Positions 58,401-64,000 of a DNA stretch of 64,000 bases are shown here, piece after piece (within the stretch, counting starts at the first letter, position 1; every line of letters begins with the position of its first letter). Source of the stretch: Chlorokybus atmophyticus (Eukaryota > Plantae > Mesostigma and Chlorokybus algae). The position numbers were made by a program, and so were the translations under genes. The notes beneath the pieces were generated by a model. That model did not search any database and had not been told where the DNA came from. It worked only from the letters and a program-made list of their open reading frames with translations. Where the stretch lies: positions 1-64,000 of the forward strand of contig RHPI01000777.1 of NCBI GenBank assembly GCA_009103225.1, in the 5' to 3' direction.

Positions 58401-60458
58401 GGTGTAGAGACGGGTTATGAGGTGTATGTTTGGTATCGTTGTTGGTTACTGAAGTAAAACTGTGCTGTCTCCTTGACAGGCGCTGGCGAGCAACACCGTC
58501 AAGCAGCGAGCCCTTGTCCTCCACGAACAGGTGAGTCAACTGTATTCATCAAGCATGCAATCACCATCACCACCACCACCAACAACAACAACGTGTCACA
58601 GGTGAGGGCTGCTAGACAGCGGCGCGCTGAGCTTGAGGCCGAGGAGACGAAGATGCAGTTGAGTCCCGAGGAGGCCCGCGAGCAGCTCATCCAGAGGGTA
58701 TGTGTGAATCTAGATAGCAGTTGTCCACATCATCTGTCTAGTCCATCATGACTCACTCGCTGTGCGCAGATGAGGCGGGACAACGCCGAGGCAGCGCGAG
58801 CGGAAGAGCAGGCCCGGGAGTTGGAAGAGAGCGTGCGGCGCGCACAGGAACAGCTGCGGGTCCTCAAGGAGAAAGACCCCTCCTCAAACGGTAGGAGCGT
58901 ACACACGCAAATTACACGGGAGAGACCAACATGAACATCCAAGCAACCAATCCTACTTACGGTCATGCAACACAGGCACGCACGTGGGCACGCACACGCA
59001 CGCACGCACGCACACACAGCACCAAGCATACGTGGGCCGATACACACATAGACGATACAGCTTGTGAAGAGTGATCTAATAGTAGCAGCTGAGTAAACCA
59101 CTACTCAGCTACTGAGTGACATGTGCTCTACAATTCACTCAGCTACAGTTCAACTGGACTGTGACTATTGTTGGACCAAGTCACACTCGCATGTAGGGTC
59201 TCGTGCTGGCGGCCTGGACTCCGAGGATGCCCGCATGCAAGAGGAGGCGGAGATGCGCCAGCTGGTGGACTCGTTCCCCGCGCTCAAGACGCAGCAGGCG
59301 CGACAGAACGCCGCCACGCAGGAGCGCGTCGCGGCGATGGAGACGATCGTCGCAAGGGTGAGCGTGTGTTGGTGGGTGAGTGAGTGAGTGAGTGAGGGGG
59401 CAATGACACAGGGACATGGATGCACATGCATGTGAAAGCAAAGGCGAGATGTTGTGTCAGGCAATTGAAGCGGAGAAGAGCGGTGCTGTGAAGAGGAGAA
59501 AATCTGTGATCAAAACCAACAAGGGGGATGGTGGTGATCTCCCGCCAGAGGAACTCAAGCGCATGCAGCAAGGTGATACGGGTTGTTGTTGTTGGTTCTC
59601 TAGTATGGTTTGCTGATACTTGCGCGTGTTTCAGAGGTTGACTCGAAGAAGGCGGAGCTGGATAAAATGGACACGCTGGAGGAGAAGATCCGCGTGGAGC
59701 TCGCGCAGCTCACCGACCGCATGCGCGCTATGCAGGTGCACATACACGTGCACGCACATGCATGCACGCACCTGGCAACTATGCAGATCAGTTGGCAGTG
59801 CCGTATGTGTCGAGATGTTGAGGTGACTTACCTCCTGTGCTGTGTGTGTCAGGAGGAGATGGCAGCGTTCAAGTCCATTGACGAGTTGAAGTCCAACAAT
59901 GCCACGCTGCAACATGTGCGCATGCCATATCTTTATTGCTGTTTGCTGTATCCCACTCCAACCCAACACCTGCTTTTTTGTTGTTGTGTCTTTTCTTCTC
60001 AGCAACTCGAGGAAGAGAAGACGAGGCTGACTCGCCAGCGTGAAGCTTTGCGCATCGCAATACAGGTACAAATGGTGCATGTGTGGGCTTACAAGACAAA
60101 CCGTTGTTGGTGTGAGTAACACCATTTGTGACAGGAGTCGGCGTCTGCACTCGATGCAAAGAGAGCCACCCTAAACAAAAATGACCTGCACATTGCTCTG
60201 GAAAAGCTGGAGAACAGGCTGCGGGCGGCTGAGGCCTCAGTCTTCCAGATGCAAGAGTGTAAGCGTGAACACACACTCATGCACACGTACACGCATTGTG
60301 CAAATCAGTGACATGTGTTGTGTTGCACAGTTATTGATGCCAAGGCGCGCGAGACGGACTACCAGCCGGTGCTGCAGGACGTGACAGCCATGATGAAGGA
60401 GCTGGAGCCGCTCATCCAGAAGGCGGCACTGCCTTCAGGACCGGCAATGTATGCATGA
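55405..60458 (+). CDS. IFT74: Intraflagellar transport protein 74, multi-exon
   Basis: Starts MDRRSPSS; VQVADRPVTQQGVAGMRT; IHDRSFFLSLLR; LRGQLADHNVMLEK; LKERNDKERKRVDALFTER; VKQRALVLHEQ; SPEEAREQLIQRMRRDN; LDKMDTLEEKIRVEL; LEKLENRL; FIDAKARETDYQ...*. Order and content match IFT74. Confidence 0.92.
56274..56504 (+). repeat. Coding 21-bp tandem repeat, 11 units of (T/A)GYQPP(G/N)
   Basis: Within IFT74 exon 3; third-codon positions vary between units while the peptide is conserved. Confidence 0.92.
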
Positions 60459-62255
60459 TGTATTGCACATGTATGCGCGCGTGATATGAGTTTGTTTCAC
60501 TCAACTTGGCAGAACGCACATGTGTGCTGCTGTACACAAGCTGTGGCAAACGATGGTGCACTGCATGTACGTACTTGAAAGCTCGAGTCTTGCACTGCTT
60601 TCATGTTGAACTGCAGCCAATGCGATTCAATTTGCTATTGTGCTACTTGCTTGCTTCGCATGCACATGCATCAAACTCGCAGTCAAGAAACATTAGCTGA
60701 GTCAGACACAACAGTTTGCTGGTCACTTTTGCTGATCTGTCATTCAGGAGCGACACAACCTGATGTAGACTAGCAGCTACTGCTGCGTTGCAGCTTGTTG
60801 ACAACTGGTGGCACTGCCATATAGCATATGACTACTATGCACTGGGCAGACTTGCGTGCTGAGTTTTGTTCATTAACCTGAATGCGTACAGTGCATGTGG
60901 CTACAGCACAAGAATGCTTAGGGTGTAGTATTGCATTGTAAAGGACCCAAAGCATGCATCACCTGAAAGCACAAGCGGACAAGCAATTTGTTGTTGGTAG
61001 TACCAGTCGGNNNNNNNNNNNNNNNNNNNNNNNNNNNNNNNNNNNNNNNNNNNNNNNNNNNNNNNNNNNNNNNNNNNNNNNNNNNNNNNNNNNNNNNNNN
61101 NNNNNNNNNNNNNNNNNNNNNNNNNNNNNNNNNNNNNNNNNNNNNNNNNNNNNNNNNNNNNNNNNNNNNNNNNNNNNNNNNNNNNNNNNNNNNNNNNNNN
61201 NNNNNNNNNNNNNNNNNNNNNNNNNNNNNNNNNNNNNNGAGGGGGGCGGGAGGGGAGAGAGATAGAGGTGATCTGCATTGCAAGTGCAAGACAAGACAAG
61301 ACAAGACATGCAGTAGCACAACAGCAGCTGGCCTCACAGACCTTTACTAGCGAAGGCAATGACTAGCTATGTGCCGCAGCTAAGTGCATGCAAGCAGCTG
61401 TACACGCTAGGGCTAGTGTTAAGGTTGTGGTTGACTATGTGCTACATGCAGATTCAGGTGGGTTCAAGGATACGCTTGCACAGGTGTCAGGACGACAACT
61501 CTTCGTCCGTGTCGGGGTTCAACCAACTGGTTGAACGAGCCGCTCACAAGAAGTGCACCCGCGGTCTGCGCAAGAACGAGACACGGCTACGCTTCTTAGC
61601 GACTCGGCTGTCACGCCTCCGCCTGACAGCTGAGTCGTTTCAACCACGTCATGCTCTGTCTTACGCAAGTCAGGCTCCCAACTATGGGGTGGCACCAACT
61701 TACTAGTAACCAGTTGCCAACTGCTCCCTCATCACTCAAGCGTTCAGTTGAACACCTGCCTAAAGCCATCCTCCCTCCCGTCAGCTCAGCCGACGCCACT
61801 GCCGGCGCCATGGCGCACATGCACATGCACATGCACATGCAAGCAGTGAGTGCGGTCGATATCTGCTGAAGTTGACTTAAAGTCTCTCATTCAACCAATA
61901 TCGAGGTAATATTCGGAACCCGATCTGACAAAACGGGCTTGTCTAAATGAAACGAATCACGATGTGGTCGATCCGGCTTGGAAGGCGAGCTAACGTTCGC
62001 GGCCAACCACCTTGCCGCCCTGTGGCTGGCGGCAGGAGCGGCGGTCTCCTTGGCGGCAGAGGCGGCGGGGATTGTTGGTGTTTCTAGGGGCTTGCTTGAG
62101 AGTCGTAGAGACGATAGGGAGGCGGCGTCATCTGCTGAGACTGCTTGCTCGGTGGGTGCGCGTGCAGGCTGCCGGCGCAGGTGGAGGATTAGGGTTTGCT
62201 GCTTGTGCAGGTTGTTGGTTGGGAGGGGAGCAGCAGGGTTAGGCTGCACGCCGCC

Positions 62256-64000
62256 ATGGCGGCGACAAGTGAAAGAGACGTGTTTGCCGATGACGCCGGG
62301 GAATCCGCGGACGCTGTGGGTGCGGAGATTGCCGCTATGTCCGCAGACGATCTGGCTCGCCGCACCCGCCTGCTCGATACGGAGATCCGCGTGCTGAAGG
62401 TCAGCTGTCGGTGTATTGTTCATTGTGCTTGGATTGCAGCGCGAGGGGGTGCAGTCCAGTTACACTTCAGCTGTAGCCGTTGAAGGCTAGCATGTTGAAT
62501 TGTTGTGGCTTGGTAGTTGTCAGTTTTTGTCACCTCTTTTGTTTGTTTTGGTTGTGTTGCCGCTACTGTTGTGTGATGCGTACTTCTCCCCATGAACAGT
62601 TTACATGCGCGCATGCGCTTAGCTCACACAGTCCGCCACCATCGTAGATCTAGCCTACATGCAGTCATGCAGCAGAAGTTCTGAACAGATCCTGCCACCG
62701 CTGTATAGCAGACTGTGTTCAGTATACATGTCTATTCTGCATGCATGTTCTCTCTGTAACTGGCATGCTCATACACTGAGGTGCAGATGCAGCACCCCAT
62801 TTGACTAAGTGCAGTATCTGTTACATTCTGTTGTACGAGAACCGGCCCTACGTGTTGAGTTGCGACTGGCTGAGTGCGAAACGTTCTATGCCGCTACAGG
62901 ATGAGAGCCAGAGGTTGCAGCTGGATCTTAGCGGCACCAAGGAGAAAATAAAGGACAACCAAGAGAAAATCAAGCTAAATAAGCAGCTGCCTTATCTAGT
63001 GGGCAACGTTGTTGAGGTATATCAAGCAATATGTGTGTCATGCACCGGAAGCATGTGGTTAGGTGGAGTCAGTTGGGCTCTCTGCATGTTGCACAATGCA
63101 CGACAAATGCATTACTGGATTGCAGATTTTGGATGTGAACCCTGAGGATGAAGAGGACGGAGCAAACATTGACTTGGATTCCCTTCGCAAAGGGAAGTGT
63201 GTTGTGCTGAAGACTTCAACTCGACAGGTGAGGACGCTTGTAAAGCATACCAAAGCAACTTACACAGGGTATCAAGTTAGCTGGTTGACAGTTTTGTTGA
63301 AGTTGCAGCAAGGATGACCCTTTGTTGACTACCTTGTTTGCAGACGATTTTCTTGCCTGTTGTTGGGCTTGTCGATCCTGCAGTGTTGAAGCCTGGCGAC
63401 CTGGTGGGCGTGAATAAGGACAGCTACCTCATACTTGACACACTGCCTGCTGAGTATGACTCGCGTGTGAAAGCCATGGAGGTTGATGAGAAACCAACAG
63501 AAGACTATTCTGACATTGGTGGTTTAGACAAGCAGGTACCAATAGTTTGTGCTTTGTTTTTTTTGTCACTCATATATTGTGTGAATGATGGGGTTTGCTT
63601 GCTAGGGGTGCAGTTGAGGAGCACCGCTGACATTATGCATTCATCGATGTAGATTCAAGAGCTAGTGGAGGCAATCGTGCTGCCTATGACGCATAAAGAG
63701 CGGTTTGACGCCATTGGCATCCGGCCACCCAAGGGCATTTTGCTATACGGGCCACCGGGCACAGGCAAAACGCTGATGGCCAGGGCTTGCGCAGCACAAA
63801 CAAACGCCACTTACTTGAAACTTGCTGGACCACAACTGGTGCAGGTATGTACACCACTGGTTGCAGTTGTGCGTGTGTTCACCGTCAGCCTTCACTTGTC
63901 ATTGCTTGCGTTGTGCTTGTGTATCTGCTGGCATGCGTGTGCTAAGACAACCGCATTACTAACTGCCATGGTCTGTGACAGATGTTCATCGGTGATGGCG
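62256..64000 (+). CDS. RPT5: 26S proteasome AAA-ATPase regulatory subunit 6A (3' truncated by window end)
   Basis: [26 protein letters not shown]; [12 protein letters not shown]|[11 protein letters not shown]; [40 protein letters not shown]; [37 protein letters not shown]|MFIGDG. Confidence 0.97.

Noticed and set aside
61359-62200. Possible minus-strand gene divergent from RPT5
   Set aside because: Only low-complexity GC-rich ORFs overlapping the RPT5 leader. No consistent splice model or domain.

Overview
Intron-rich eukaryotic genomic DNA, not prokaryotic, with no CRISPR, rRNA or tRNA genes. It most likely comes from a flagellated green-lineage alga (inference from a plastid-targeted membrane protein, a plant-type DUF1990 gene and IFT74). 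The left ~27 kb is a transposon cluster. Bases 1-~8.6 kb hold a four-gene, intron-containing unit: a RING-finger gene, a zinc-finger/Tudor-fused C5 DNA methyltransferase with a prokaryote/phage-like catalytic domain, a C2H2-Plavaka-type transposase and a divergent coiled-coil gene, with GTACCAT palindromes upstream of the genes. A decayed L1-type LINE follows (~8.65-26.6 kb). It is interrupted by a 604-bp TRIM and by a ~1.6-kb TIR-less element flanked by a 6-bp direct repeat. That element in turn contains a full Ty3/Gypsy chromovirus (13749-20807) and a solo LTR. The right ~37 kb holds host genes: PARN ending in a CaaX-like box, DUF1990, a small plastid membrane protein, an unknown coiled-coil gene, an F-box pseudogene, a spliced eukaryotic larC (N-terminal half only, His-rich leader, two GC-AG introns), IFT74 with an 11x heptad repeat, and the start of RPT5. 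It also holds a Penelope-like RT fragment and a second copy of the TIR-less element. All calls come from reading motifs by eye; no searches were run. The best candidates for novel biology are the methyltransferase-carrying Plavaka element and the eukaryotic LarC.
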